Assembly (NCBI GenBank): GCA_040285825.1
Contig: JAUPSS010000003.1
Span: 3,534,001-3,598,000 of the forward strand
From: Eukaryota sp. TZLM1-RC
Lineage: Eukaryota; Protista; Metamonada: BaSk clade
DNA: 64,000 nt
Direction: 5' to 3'
Position numbers and translations under genes: made by a program. A model generated the notes under the pieces. That model had not been told where the DNA came from, searched no databases, and saw only the letters and a list, made by a program, of their open reading frames with translations. Each line of letters begins with the position of its first letter. Position 1 is the stretch's first letter. Positions 10,180 to 22,930 of the stretch are shown here, piece after piece.

Positions 10180-11916
10180 GCCTCTAAATTTGACCTTATT
10201 TACACGTCTATTTCGGCCACATTGGCCCCTTTCTACGCTGCTTCTACTAGCAAGCTCGTCAAATTTTTCAAACTTAAATGTTTCTCCTTTTGGACCTTTA
10301 CTTTTGGAGCATCGAGGGTCTCTGCATTCAAATACATTGTGGCCGATAGGATTGTCACCTTCAAAATTATAACAGAATGTACAGAATTTTGAGCCTTTTC
10401 GTTCATGTTTTTCTGGGATGTACTCGTGTTGATCAGCCTCTCTGGACTTTTTTTCTGAACGTTTTGCTTGTCTTGCCGGAGCTTGAGTCGACGGGGCTAT
10501 TCCTCTTGAATAAGTTTTCATCGCGGTTAATCGCAAGGGAATATCCTCTTCATTTGTTCTGTTCCTGAGAATGTCCATTTTTGGGTTTGTTTCCTGCTGT
10601 GAAACAGCAGGCGAGGTGATGCCTTCTAGTGGTCGATATCAAATCAAGTATTGTTTTCCTATTTGGTGCATCCCACACAGATTCTTTGGTCCAGACTGGG
10701 AGGAGTTCGCTTGAGAAGGCGAAGTGGTTCAAACTCATTAGGAAGTATTCTGCTTTTAATGCGGGAGATATGATTATCAATTCGCCATTGCCTATTGCCA
10801 AGTCTGTGATAGTTAGGTTGGCCGTGTAAGTGGTCATTCCAAGGACGTCCCCAAAGTCTTCTACATACCGAACAAACTTGTTGTCAGCTTCGTATTTGTT
10901 GTGAACATATTTCCAATATATTCTGGATATTATTGGTGCAGTGCAAGCCCCGTGATAGGAGGTGAGCTGCGTTCGCTTTAATAATAATGCTATGACATCG
11001 GCGTCGGTTTAAGCAACACCGAGTAAGCCTTGACTTTGCCATCTTGATAGCAGGCTTGGGTCTATCATGGTTAACTAAAGGTATCATAGAATCGAACAGT
11101 GGATCTGCTGATGATCATACAGGGTCTATGTTGGACTAAAAACAACAGTAGGCAGAATAGCAAAATTCGGAGATCTGAAACCGGCGTCTTTTGATGTTGA
11201 AGTACTGCCTTTTCGACTAAAATTGATAGCGGAACAACATTTGTATCATTGTTCCTGTAGTACATTAATAATGCACGTAAAGTCTCTACTCGTAACCTCG
11301 TATGTAGTCGACTTTTTTATGTGTTTGGCTCCATAAAAAAGAACACTTTTCGAATAGACAAAAGTCCATTGACTTGAGGTAAGTCTCTGTGTCCTTGTTG
11401 GAATTTGTAGAATCCATTTTTAATGTTTACTTAATTTAACATCGGAGAGGGGAGAAGGAACCGGGTGTGTTCTCGTTGCCTCTATAACTGATGGGTCAGA
11501 AGGAGAAAAGGTAGCTGGGTCCGTACCTGATCCATTGATTTCTAATTGAGAAGAAGGAGAGACGTTTTCCACTCTTTCTACTGTCTCTTTTTTGCAGAAG
11601 GTGGAAACGTTACGAAGGTACGTTGCCTCGTTATCTTTTTTGGTGTGTTGTAGTTGTTGTTGTGGTTTATCTTGCTACATGTGAGGAGAATGAGATAAAT
11701 CAAAGAGTCCTTTTCAGAGATGTCTGACATGTTGAAGATGTCTTGCTGATAGCTGCTAATGAAAACTAAGGTTATTTACGGTAGAGTTTAACTTAAATAT
11801 GGCTATTAATTATTGTTGCCTTAAGTCATGAAGTTAAGATAAATATTGAGATAATGTCAATGAGGTAAACTTAATTTATTTTGCCCATACTCTAGTTAAA
11901 ACTAAAGGCGTCAACA
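10180..11916 (-). mobile_element. 5' part of a family-B LTR element: LTR 11814-11916 and degenerate gag with zinc knuckle
   Basis: LTR TGTTGCC...GTCAACA; 11080-11335 is homologous to 40180-40372 plus 47956-48013; CTFC..GHNVFEC knuckle in ORF 10078-10578. Confidence 0.7.
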
Positions 11917-12199
11917 CAACATCGCTGTGACGGTGACCTAGCGTGCAAGTCTACATAATACTATATGAAACTGGGTCTAACAAGAGTCGATTAGGTTGTT
12001 CTTAAATTAAATGCAAGCTCAACTATCTTTATTGATTTCTATTGAATGTTGTTAATATTCCAAAAAACATTTCATTAATTTTGATGCCAATGACCCTCTT
12101 GCTGCTGGGGAAAATACAAAATTGTTAATTACGCAAAAACTATATCATTCGTCAATGAAAATTATCATGCACAAGATGATGTATGTCCCGTTTTTTTAT

Positions 12200-12780
12200 T
12201 GCTCGGTTTTTTAGGTAAGGCTGCTATGGCATTCTTTGAAAATTTTAGTCTAGTTGAAAAGGAAAAGACTGGGGAATTTTCAATCGTGTTCACTGCCAAA
12301 ACAGGATTCTGTTTTGAATTTATAAGGCAATGGTGAAACTGTTTTCTGGTTTTTATTTCTTTCTTTGGTCGTTTTCAAAATGTTTAACAATTAACTGTTT
12401 CTAGCTGGGAGACGCAGGTTTTGATGACACAGAGCTTGAGTTGTATGTTTAATATTTTTTTATTAGAATTTTGAATTGGGGGTTGGTATTTTAACCATGG
12501 ACCTATACCACTAATTTCCATAATGGTACGACCTTTATGGATGGCAAGCTTTTTTTCCTCAATGGAATAAAGGACTTTGTTGCGCTTATACAAGTAACCC
12601 ATTATTTTGTAAATTATATGCTCTTTATGTATGCATCAATATTTTCACCAAAACGGAAACACAAATAAATGAACAAATGAAATAAAGTTACTGTCAAACA
12701 TCCGTTGATCAAACCATGTAGAGTCATTGAGTTGTTGTTTAATCAAGCGTCTTTAAACCTGAATTGATATTTCTGAATCT
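12200..12780 (-). pseudogene. Possible highly decayed Fanzor/TnpB-like relic
   Basis: Weak motifs across frames (IG..WLKYQPP, YNSSSV, VN.D..NS-like); low certainty. Confidence 0.25.
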
Positions 12781-12985
12781 CCCTCTAGTTCAATCTTCTA
12801 CAACCCAAAACATTTTTCATCCACTGCCTTCTAAAAAAACCAACTGATGGTCTTTGCTCGTTAATGTTAGACATACAGTAGAAAAGTAATGAAATTTATT
12901 ACGAAGAGGAACTGTATTCTCTCTTCTTAAACTAATAGGCGGAATACTAATAAACTAAACTATTAGCTATAAATACTATTCAAGA

Positions 12986-14377
12986 CTAACACTGCCCTTT
13001 CCTCTCTTTCGAGCGACGAGCCCTGGAAGCTCTAGTCACAGGAGGTGAACCGTTGGAATTGGTACGCTTCTTGGGAGGAGCGGATTTAGTACGGCGACGT
13101 GCATTTGAAGTCTTGATGAAGTCTTTATACGCGGCAGTATTTTGGACTGTAGACATGTGTTCAGTGGTGATCTCTTTTCCAGGCCATTGCACTTGGCAAA
13201 AGTCACCGTCTTGACTGAGCACTTTTTCAATGATGTGTTCTTCGACATCACCAGCAGCGACCCAGGAGTGGAACTTATCGTTGGTGGGTAAGCTGGAGTG
13301 CCAGGGAGCTAAATCTTTGACGCTAGCTTGGACAATCGTACCAGTGCAGAGATTCTTAATATTCACAGACGAATTGGATACGATTTGAGTAATTAGGAAG
13401 GGTCCTAAATAGTCTCCATGAAGCTTAGCGGAAGAGCCAGATGCTCTCAATACCAATTGACCAACTTCAAAAGGGTTTGGAGTTGTCGATCTAGTTAGCT
13501 TGGAAGCCTTGGAAGCTTGATGGTGTGCTGCCTTTTCCTGTTTCTCTTTCAACCTTCGAAATTTAAATTGAATTTCTTGAATAAAAGATGACTCAGACGT
13601 CGAGCTTTCAATGATTTCAAGAATTTTGCCAGGGTCTGATCTAGGAGACACATCAGATCCAAAGATCACTTGGTATGGAGTGTGGTTGGTTATTGAGCTC
13701 TTGGAAGAGTTGATCAATAATTGCACATAAGGTAAGTATTCAGACCACACATCGTAGGCGTTGAAGTCTACGAGCAATTTCCTTAGGTTTTGCAGGATGT
13801 CTCTGTGTCGGCGCTCTACCAAGCCGTTGGACTGAGAAAACCTAGGAATTGACTTTGACACCTCTATGTTCAAAAATTTGCTTAGTTCGTCAAAGACAGC
13901 CTTGGAAAATTCGGGTCCATTATCGCTGTGGATTTTAAATGGGATACCAAAGATGGCACAGACTTTCCAAATTAATGCATCTGCAGTAAGATTGGCATTT
14001 ATCTCTTTTAAAGGCACGATGATCGTGAACCTAGAGAAGCTGTCAATAAATACGAGGATGTATTTGTAGCCTTCTTGATCTTCTGGGAGAGGACCAATAA
14101 CGTCGGCGTTGACGCGAGCAAAAGGTCTGTCAGCCCACAATGAACCGGTTGGGGGAACATGCAGTTTGGGAACTGGCTTAGTTTTCTGACAGGAGGAGCA
14201 TTCTTGGACGTGCATATTCATGTCAGTGAGCATGTTTGGCCACCAATACTCGCTGTTCCTGAGCTTGTTCAGGCTTTTAGCTTTGCTTGGATGGCCTCCT
14301 TGCAGAAGTCCGTGCAACAAGTTAAGGGTGTCCTTAATGAGTGATTTGGGAATCACTATCATGTTGTCGTGAGTCAT
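12986..14377 (-). CDS. pol: Gypsy integrase-chromodomain (pol C-terminal part)
   Basis: HHCC, DDE, GPF and chromo-like motifs. Confidence 0.88.
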   Translation of the reverse strand: MTHDNMIVIPKSLIKDTLNLLHGLLQGGHPSKAKSLNKLRNSEYWWPNMLTDMNMHVQECSSCQKTKPVPKLHVPPTGSLWADRPFARVNADVIGPLPEDQEGYKYILVFIDSFSRFTIIVPLKEINANLTADALIWKVCAIFGIPFKIHSDNGPEFSKAVFDELSKFLNIEVSKSIPRFSQSNGLVERRHRDILQNLRKLLVDFNAYDVWSEYLPYVQLLINSSKSSITNHTPYQVIFGSDVSPRSDPGKILEIIESSTSESSFIQEIQFKFRRLKEKQEKAAHHQASKASKLTRSTTPNPFEVGQLVLRASGSSAKLHGDYLGPFLITQIVSNSSVNIKNLCTGTIVQASVKDLAPWHSSLPTNDKFHSWVAAGDVEEHIIEKVLSQDGDFCQVQWPGKEITTEHMSTVQNTAAYKDFIKTSNARRRTKSAPPKKRTNSNGSPPVTRASRARRSKERKGQC

Positions 14378-14500
14378 GTATAAATCAAGATGATTGTTAT
14401 GAACACAGTTGTTAAAAGAGGGGTCTTTGGAAGCTATGGCAAGCTTCTGTTCGGACCTAATCCTACAGAGCCATGGCTCGAAAATAGGCAGGTCGTTGGA

Positions 14501-15590
14501 TCATCGTTCTTTGATGACCATGATACGTTCGAAGTTGTTTAAGTCTTCGATGTAGTATCTTTCATTTTCTGTTCCATCAATTTTATCGATGTAAAATATT
14601 GGATGAAAATTTTGAGACATTTGATGGGACAAATAATTGATCTCTTGATGGTCTATAGGCGGAACTATTTGAGACATCATATCAGCCCAGAAGTTATCTT
14701 CCCCTTTGGTATGTACCAAATCAAAGCAGAATTCAGAGAATATGGGTAACCATCTTGTTACAATTCTGTTCTTCTCAGGAGCCGTGAACATGTAGGTAAG
14801 GTTTTGATGGTCTGTGAATATAACCAGTTTCCTTCCTTTCAAGTAGTTTTCAAAACCACTTTGAGTTAACATCAGCAGTATGGCATAGAGTTCCTTTTGG
14901 TTTGTCGGCCAGTTCTTTTGCGAGTTAATTGACCAGCGGCTAAAGAAGCTGATAGGCCTACATTTCCTGTTGATCAGGGGGGTACCGGGGTCGTCGACTT
15001 GTTCGATTTGTTCCCATATGACGCCGCCTACAGCTATGTCGGATGCATCGCAACTAATTAAAATTTGGTTTTCCAGGGGAGGTAAGCTGAGCGGCATGTG
15101 CTTCGCTATCAGTTGTTTGATCTTTTGAAGGAGTCCGTCGTGCATGTCGGTCCATTGAAGGCGTTGCGCGCGGGGTTTGGGTTTAACGTTGGAGTTATTT
15201 CCATCCTTCTTAGTCAATTTGATGATAGGAGCGATGAGCTCAGATACCTGAGGAAGCCATTCTCTAATGAAGTTGACTGATCCTACGAGGCTGCGGACGT
15301 CTTTGATTGTCTTTGGTCTAGGTAGATTCAACAAAAATTCAACGCGAGTGGGATCGATAGTCCGTTGTTTGTTTTGGAAAACACTGCCCAGTATCTTGAC
15401 TGGGTGTCTGAAAGACACGAAATGGCACTTTGGAAGTCCCAAAGGAAACTCTTTTTGCATCTAGCTTGGTCGAGGACGCGTCGAAGGCGCTCGATGAATT
15501 CGTCAAAGGTTGAACCAATGATTATGATGTCATCTATGTAGATGAATACACCGTCTCCAGGAAGATGTCAGCCATGACGTTTTGGAAAAC
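14501..15590 (-). pseudogene. pol: Gypsy RT C-terminus and RNase H fragment
   Basis: CDASD, QKELYA, TDHQNL motifs; truncated at junction 15591. Confidence 0.85.
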
Positions 15591-15626
15591 AAAGTTAAAG
15601 TCTTGTGGGACTTTAACTTTGAGAGT

Positions 15627-15899
15627 TTAAATTTGAGAAAACTTGCTAAGAAAAGCAGAAACAAAAACATCAGGATTAACACCCAACAAATGCGGATGGC
15701 GATCCTGCAGCTGACGGAAAACCTGACAGAGATGGAAGTGGACCGTGGGATGATGAGCAAGTGAGTTCAGACGATCATCATGGAATTTCAACTGTGCTGA
15801 TGTTTCAGTTGAGGAAAGTGAGCCACGTAAAGGTAGTGTCATAGATAACAAAAGAATATATCCAGATTGGTTCGATTTTTCAAAAACTGGAACACACAT
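15627..15899 (-). pseudogene. Truncated TALE gene copy (N-terminal 90 aa, no homeodomain)
   Basis: Same protein as 4114-4827 up to SKFSQ, then I-stop; upstream region duplicated with it. Confidence 0.88.
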
Positions 15900-17206
15900 G
15901 GAAACTCACATTATATGCCCACATTTGTGAAATACATAGATCTGTTAAAATGTGATCATCATCGAGTTCCTATAGAACCACTATTTGATGAATTGAATTA
16001 CAGTCTGAGCCAAAAAAACGAGGTGACATTCAATGTGTTGTTAGCCTTGGATTGCTTTTATACATTGTTTATTAGTTATTTGTATTATACTATAGTTTAT
16101 TGTGTAATTGTCTAGCGCTTAAGCCGAAGGAAACATATTTGCCTTTGTAATATTTCCTTTTTACATTTACTTTACTTTGGTATGAACCCTCATTTACAGA
16201 TCATCAGTGTGGGGTATGATGGAACTGAACTAATTATGAATTGTAACAGTGTATCTTCGTGGAAAAGGACTCCAATTCTGAGATTCACCATTTACTGAAA
16301 GTTGCAGAACTTTATAATAAATCAAAACACGAAGTTCTTCTTCAACGTCTCAATTGAGTAAGATGCAGAAACATCAAATTTGTTCCACTTGCAATTTCAA
16401 TTTTTTTAATATTATGGGAAGTGAATGTTTAAACTTTGTAAATGATTTGACTTTGTTAGATGATTGAAATAACTTCTCAAAGCAATTGTTGTACATTTGA
16501 TTTTTTTCTCATTTGGAAGATCAAAGTTGCATTTCCGTTAATGAAAGCTCTTTCTGTTATATTAACTCTATTTTTGAATAATATTACGGAGTTTCATAAT
16601 AAGCGAGTTGCTGTTCAAGTAAATAGCGAAAAATCTCCCGCATTTCAATTGATGGGGTTTTAGTAGGTAAAAAGTATTAGCTCAGATCTTTAGTTGAGTT
16701 CTAAAAATGTGACTGTTCCAGGAATTTTTTTAATATGCCCACATTGTTCAATCTATTGATCGAAGCATTCAGATTATATTGATTAAACTTGCACACTTAA
16801 CAAAAATAAGCTCATAACTAATGGGACGAAATTCATTGATCCAAGATTTCCTCTACAAAAATCCTGATCTGCTTGATGTCTAGCTAAAGCTTCTTCTATT
16901 CGATTAAAAAATGGAGACAATCTATTAACAATGGCAAATTAAATTTGAGAGCGCCATAAAAAGATAACAAATCTTTTCATTGTTTTTTCTTGAACCATTT
17001 TTTGGAAATCATTCAAAAAAGGTTTTGCTTCTACTAATAGTCTTCCGTTATAGAAAATGGGGAAGTGATGGTCTATGCTCGTTAGATTGCGACATACAAT
17101 GTAAAAGTAATGAAATTTATTACAAAGAGGAATTGTATTCTCTCTTCTTATACTATAAGGCGGATACTAAATAAACTAAACTATTAGCTATAAATACTAT
17201 TCAAGA

Positions 17207-19811
17207 CTAACACTGCCCTTTCCTCTCTTTCGAGCGACGAGCCCTGGAAGCTCTAGTCACAGGAGGTGAACCGTTGGAATTGGTACGCTTCTTGGGAGGA
17301 GCGGATTTAGTACGGCGACGTGCATTTGAAGTCTTGATGAAGTCTTTATACGCGGCAGTATTTTAGACTGTAGACATGTGTTCAGTGGTGATCTCTTTTC
17401 CAGGCCATTGCACTTGGCAAAAGTCACCGTCTTGACTGAGCACTTTTTCAATGATGTGTTCTTCGACATCACCAGCAGCGACCCAGGAGTGGAACTCATC
17501 GTTGGTGGGTAAGCTGAAGTGCCAGGGAGCTAAATCTTTGACGCTAGCTTGGACAATCGTACCAGTGCAGAGATTCTTAATATTCACAGACGAATTGGAT
17601 ACGATTTGAGTAATTAGGAAGGGTCCTAAATAGTCTCCATGAAGCTTAGCGGAAGAGCCAGATGCTCTCAATATTAATTGACCAACTTCAAAAGGGTTTG
17701 GAGTTGTCGATCTAGTTAGCTTGGAAGCCTTGGAAGCTTGATGGTGTGCTGCCTTTTCCTGTTTCTCTTTCAACCTTCGAAATTTAGATTGAATTTTTTG
17801 AATAAAAGATGACTCAGACGTCGAGCTTTCAATGATTTCAAGAATTTTGCCAGGGTCTGATCTAGGAGACACATCAGATCCAAAGATCACTTGGTATGGA
17901 GTGTGGTTGGTTATTGAGCTCTTGGAAGAGTTGATCAATAATTGCACATAAGGTAAGTATTCAGACCACACATCGTAGGCGTTGAAGTCTACGAGCAATT
18001 TCCTTAGGTTTTGCAGGATGTCTCTGTGTCGGCGCTCTACCAAGCCGTTGGACTGAGAAAACCTAGGAATTGACTTTGACACCTCTATGTTCAAAAATTT
18101 GCTTAGTTCGTCAAAGACAGCCTTGGAAAATTCGGGTCCATTATCGCTGTGGATTTTAAATGGGATACCAAAAATGGCACAGACTTTCCAAATTAATGCA
18201 TCTGCAGTAAGATTGGCATTTATCTCTTTTAAAGGCACGATGATCGTGAACCTAGAGAAGCTGTCAATAAATACGAGGATGTATTTGTAGCCTTTTTGAT
18301 CTTCTGGGAGAGGACCAATAACGTCGGCGTTGACGCGAGCAAAAGGTCTGTCAGCCCACAATGAACCGGTTGGGGGAACATGCAGTTTGGGAACTGGCTT
18401 AGTTTTTCTGACAGGAGGGGCATTCTTGGACGTGCTTATTCATGTCAGTGAGCATGTTTGGCCACCAATACTCGCTGTTCCTGAGCTTGTTCAGGCTTTT
18501 AGCTTTGCTTGGATGGCCTCCTTGCAGAAGTCCGTGCAACAAGTTAAGGGTGTCCTTAATGAGTGATTTGGGAATCACTATCATGTTGTCGTGAGTCATG
18601 TATAAATCAAGATGATTGTTATGAACACAGTTGTTAAAAGAGGGGTCTTTGGAAGCTATGGCAAGCTTCTGTTCGGACCTAATCCTACAGAGCCATGGCT
18701 CGAAAATAGGCAGGTCGTTGGATCATCGTTCTTTGATGACCATGATACGTTCGAAGTTGTTTAAGTCTTCGATGTAGTATCTTTCATTTTCTGTTCCATC
18801 AATTTTATCGATGTAAAATATTGGATGAAAATTTTGAGACATTTGATGGGACAAATAATTGATCTCTTGATGGTCTATAGGCGGAACTATTTGAGACAAC
18901 ATATCAGCCCAGAAGTTATCTTCCCCTTTGGTATGTACCAAATCAAAGCAGAATTCAGAGAATATGGGTAACCATCTTGTTACAATTCTGTTCTTCTCAG
19001 GAGCCGTGAACATGTAGGTAAGGTTTTGATGGTCTGTGAATATAACCAGTTTCCTTCCTTTCAAGTAGTTTTCAAAACCACTTTGAGTTAACATGAGCAG
19101 TATGGCATAGAGTTCCTTTTGGTTTGTCGGCCAGTTCTTTTGCGAGTTAATTGACCAGCGGCTAAAGAAGCTGATAGGCCTACATTTCCTGTTGATCAGG
19201 GGGGTACCGGGGTCGTCGACTTGTTCGATTTGTTCCCATATGACGCCGCCTACAGCTATGTCGGATGCATCGCAACTAATTAAAATTTGGTTTTCCAGGG
19301 GAGGTAAGCTGAGCGGCATGTGCTTCGCTATCAGTTGTTTGATCTTTTGAAGGAGTCCGTCGTGCATGTCGGTCCATTGAAGGCGTTGCGCGCGGGGTTT
19401 GGGTTTAACGTTGGAGTTATTTCCATCCTTCTTAGTCAATTTGATGATAGGAGCGATGAGCTCAGATACCTGAGGAAGCCATTCTCTAATGAAGTTGACT
19501 GATCCTACGAGGCTGCGGACGTCTTTGATTGTCTTTGGTCTAGGTAGATTCAACAAAAATTCAACGCGAGTGGGATCGATAGTCCGTTGTTTGTTTTGGA
19601 AAACACTGCCCAGTATCTTGACTGGGTGTCTGAAAGACACGAAATGGCACTTTGGAAGTCCCAAGGAAACTCTTTTGCATCTAGCTTGGTCGAGGACGCG
19701 TCGAAGGCGCTCGATGAATTCGTCAAAGGTTGAACCAATGATTATGATGTCATCTATGTAGATGAATACACCGTCTCCAGGGAAGATGTCAGCCATGACG
19801 TTTTGGAAAAC
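17207..19811 (-). pseudogene. pol: Second copy of gypsy RT(part), RNase H and integrase
   Basis: ORFs 17363-18361 and 18723-19796; YIDD and DDE motifs; premature stops. Confidence 0.88.
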
Positions 19812-19847
19812 AAAGTTAAAGTCTTGTGGGACTTTAACTTTGAGAGT

Positions 19848-20120
19848 TTAAATTTGAGAAAACTTGCTAAGAAAAGCAGAAACAAAAACATCAGGATTAA
19901 CACCCAACAAATGCGGATGGCGATCCTGCAGCTGACGGAAAACCTGACAGAGATGGAAGTGGACCGTGGGATGATGAGCAAGTGAGTTCAGACGATCATC
20001 ATGGAATTTCAACTGTGCTGATGTTTCAGTTGAGGAAAGTGAGCCACGTAAAGGTAGTGTCATAGATAACAAAAGAATATATCCAGATTGGTTCGATTTT
20101 TCAAAAACTGGAACACACAT
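19848..20120 (-). pseudogene. Second truncated TALE gene copy (90 aa)
   Basis: Same protein as 15627-15899. Confidence 0.88.
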
Positions 20121-21415
20121 GGAAACTCACATTATATGCCCACATTTGTGAAATACATAGATCTGTTAAAATGTGATCATCATCGAGTTCCTATAGAACC
20201 ACTATTTGATGAATTGAATTACAGTCTGAGCCAAAAAAACGAGGTGACATTTCAATGTGTTGTTAGCCTTGGATTGCTTTTATACATTGTTTATTAGTTA
20301 TTTGTATTATACTATAGTTTATTGTGTAATTGCCTAGCGCTTAAGCCGAAGGAAACATATTTGCCTTTGTAATATTTCCTTTTACATTTACTTTACTTTG
20401 GTATGAACCCTCATTTACAGATCATCAGTGTGGGGTATGATGGAACTGAACTAATTATGAATTGTAACAGTGTATCTTCGTGGAAAAGGACTCCAATTCT
20501 GAGATTCACCATTTACTGAAAGTTGCAGAACTTTATAATAAATCAAAACACGAAGTTCTTCTTCAACGTCTCAATTGAGTAAGATGCAGAAACATCAAAT
20601 TTGTTCCACTTGCAATTTCAATTTTTAATATTATGGGAAGTGAATGTTTAAACTTTGTAAATGATTTGACTTTGTTAGATGATTGAAATAACTTCTCAAA
20701 GCAATTGTTGTACATTTGATTTTTCTCATTTGGAAGATCAAAGTTGCATTTCCGTTAATGAAAGCTCTTTCTGTTATATTAACTCTATTTTGAATAATAT
20801 TACGGAGTTTCATAATAAGCGAGTTGCTGTTCAAGTAAATAGCGAAAATCTCCCGCATTTCAATTGATGGGGTTTTAGTAGGTAAAAGTATTAGCTCAGA
20901 TCTTTAGTTGAGTTCTAAAATGTGACTGTTCCAGGAATTTTTAATATGCCCACATTGTTCAATCTATTGATCGAAGCATTCAGATTATATTGATTAAACT
21001 TGCACACTTAACAAAATAAGCTCATAACTAATGGGACGAAATTCATTGATCCAAGATTTCCTCTACAAAATCCTGATCTGCTTGATGTCTAGCTAAAGCT
21101 TCTTCTATTCGATTAAAAAATGGAGACAATCTATTAACAATGGCAAATTAAATTTGAGAGCGCCATAAAAAGATATCAAATCTTTTCATTGTTTTTTCTT
21201 GAACCATTTTTTGGAAATCATTCAAAAAAGGTTTTGCTTCTACTGATAGTCTTCCGTTATAGAAAATGGGGAAGTGATGGTCTATGCTCGTTAGATTGCG
21301 ACATACAATGTAAAAGTAATGAAATTTATTACAAAGAGGAATTGTATTCTCTCTTCTTATACTATAAGGCAGATACTAAATAAACTAAACTATTAGCTAT
21401 AAATACTATTCAAGA

Positions 21416-22807
21416 CTAACACTGCCTTTTCGTCTCTTTCGAGCGACCAGCCCTAGAAGCTCTAGTCACAGGAGGTGAACCGTTGGAATTGGTACGCTTC
21501 TTGGGAGGAGCGGATTTAGTACAGCGACGTGCATTTGAAGTCTTGATGAAGTCTTTATACGCGGCAGTATTTTGGACTGTAGACATGTGTTCAGTGGTGA
21601 TCTCTTTTCCAGGCCATTGCACTTGGCAAAAGTCACCGTCTTGATTGAGCACTTTTTCAATGATGTGTTCTTCGACATCACCAGCAGCGACCCAGGAGTG
21701 GAACTCATCGTTGGTGGGTAAGCTGGAGTGCCAGGGAGCTAAATCTTTGACGCTAGCTTGGACAATCGTACCAGTGCAGAGATTCTTAATATTCACAGAC
21801 GAATTGGATACGATTTGAGTAATTAGGAAGGGTCCTAAATAGTCTCCATGAAGCTTAGCGGAAGAGCCAGATGCTCTCAATACCAATTGACCAACTTCAA
21901 AAGGGTTTGGAGTTGTCGATCTAGTTAGCTTGGAAGCCTTGGAAGCTTGATGGTGTGCTGCCTTTTCCTGTTTCTCTTTCAACCTTCGAAATTTAGATTG
22001 AATTTTTTGAATAAAAGATGACTCAGACGTCGAGCTTTCAATGATTTCAAGAATTTTGCCAGGGTCTGATCTAGGAGACACATCAGATCCAAAGATCACT
22101 TGGTATGGAGTGTGGTTGGTTATTGAGCTCTTGGAAGAGTTGATCAATAATTGCACATAAGGTAAGTATTCAGACCACACATCGTAGGCGTTGAAGTCTA
22201 CGAGCAATTTCCTTAGGTTTTGCAGGATGTCTCTGTGTCGGCGCTCTACCAAGCCGTTGGACTGAGAAAACCTAGGAATTGACTTTGACACCTCTATGTT
22301 CAAAAATTTGCTTAGTTCGTCAAAGACAGCCTTGGAAAATTCGGGTCCATTATCGCTGTGGATTTTAAATGGGATACCAAAGATGGCACAGACTTTCCAA
22401 ATTAATGCATCTGCAGTAAGATTGGCATTTATCTCTTTTAAAGGCACGATGATCGTGAACCTAGAGAAGCTGTCAATAAATACGAGGATGTATTTGTAGC
22501 CTTCTTGATCTTCTGGGAGAGGACCAATAACGTCGGCGTTGACGCGAGCAAAAGGTCTGTCAGCCCACAATGAACCGGTTGGGGGAACATGCAGTTTGGG
22601 AACTGGCTTAGTTTTCTGACAGGAGGGGCATTCTTGGACGTGCTTATTCATGTCAGTGAGCATGTTTGGCCACCAATAGTCGCTGTTCCTGAGCTTGTTC
22701 AGGCTTTTAGCTTTGCTTGGATGGCCTCCTTGCAGAAGTCCGTGCAACAAGTTAAGGGTGTCCTTAATGAGTGATTTGGGAATCACTATCATGTTGTCGT
22801 GAGTCAT
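21416..22807 (-). CDS. pol: Gypsy integrase-chromodomain, third copy
   Basis: As 12986-14377. Confidence 0.88.
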   Translation of the reverse strand: MTHDNMIVIPKSLIKDTLNLLHGLLQGGHPSKAKSLNKLRNSDYWWPNMLTDMNKHVQECPSCQKTKPVPKLHVPPTGSLWADRPFARVNADVIGPLPEDQEGYKYILVFIDSFSRFTIIVPLKEINANLTADALIWKVCAIFGIPFKIHSDNGPEFSKAVFDELSKFLNIEVSKSIPRFSQSNGLVERRHRDILQNLRKLLVDFNAYDVWSEYLPYVQLLINSSKSSITNHTPYQVIFGSDVSPRSDPGKILEIIESSTSESSFIQKIQSKFRRLKEKQEKAAHHQASKASKLTRSTTPNPFEVGQLVLRASGSSAKLHGDYLGPFLITQIVSNSSVNIKNLCTGTIVQASVKDLAPWHSSLPTNDEFHSWVAAGDVEEHIIEKVLNQDGDFCQVQWPGKEITTEHMSTVQNTAAYKDFIKTSNARRCTKSAPPKKRTNSNGSPPVTRASRAGRSKETKRQC

Positions 22808-22930
22808 GTATAAATCAAGATGATTGTTATGAACACAGTTGTTGAAAGAGGGGTCTTTGGAAGCTATGGCAAGCTTCTGTTCGGACCTAATCCTACAGAG
22901 CCATGGCTCGAAAATAGGCAGGTCGTTGGA

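Noticed and set aside
15900-17060. Many 1-bp indels relative to the other copies as true divergence
   Set aside because: Nearly all are homopolymer length changes, typical of long-read error.
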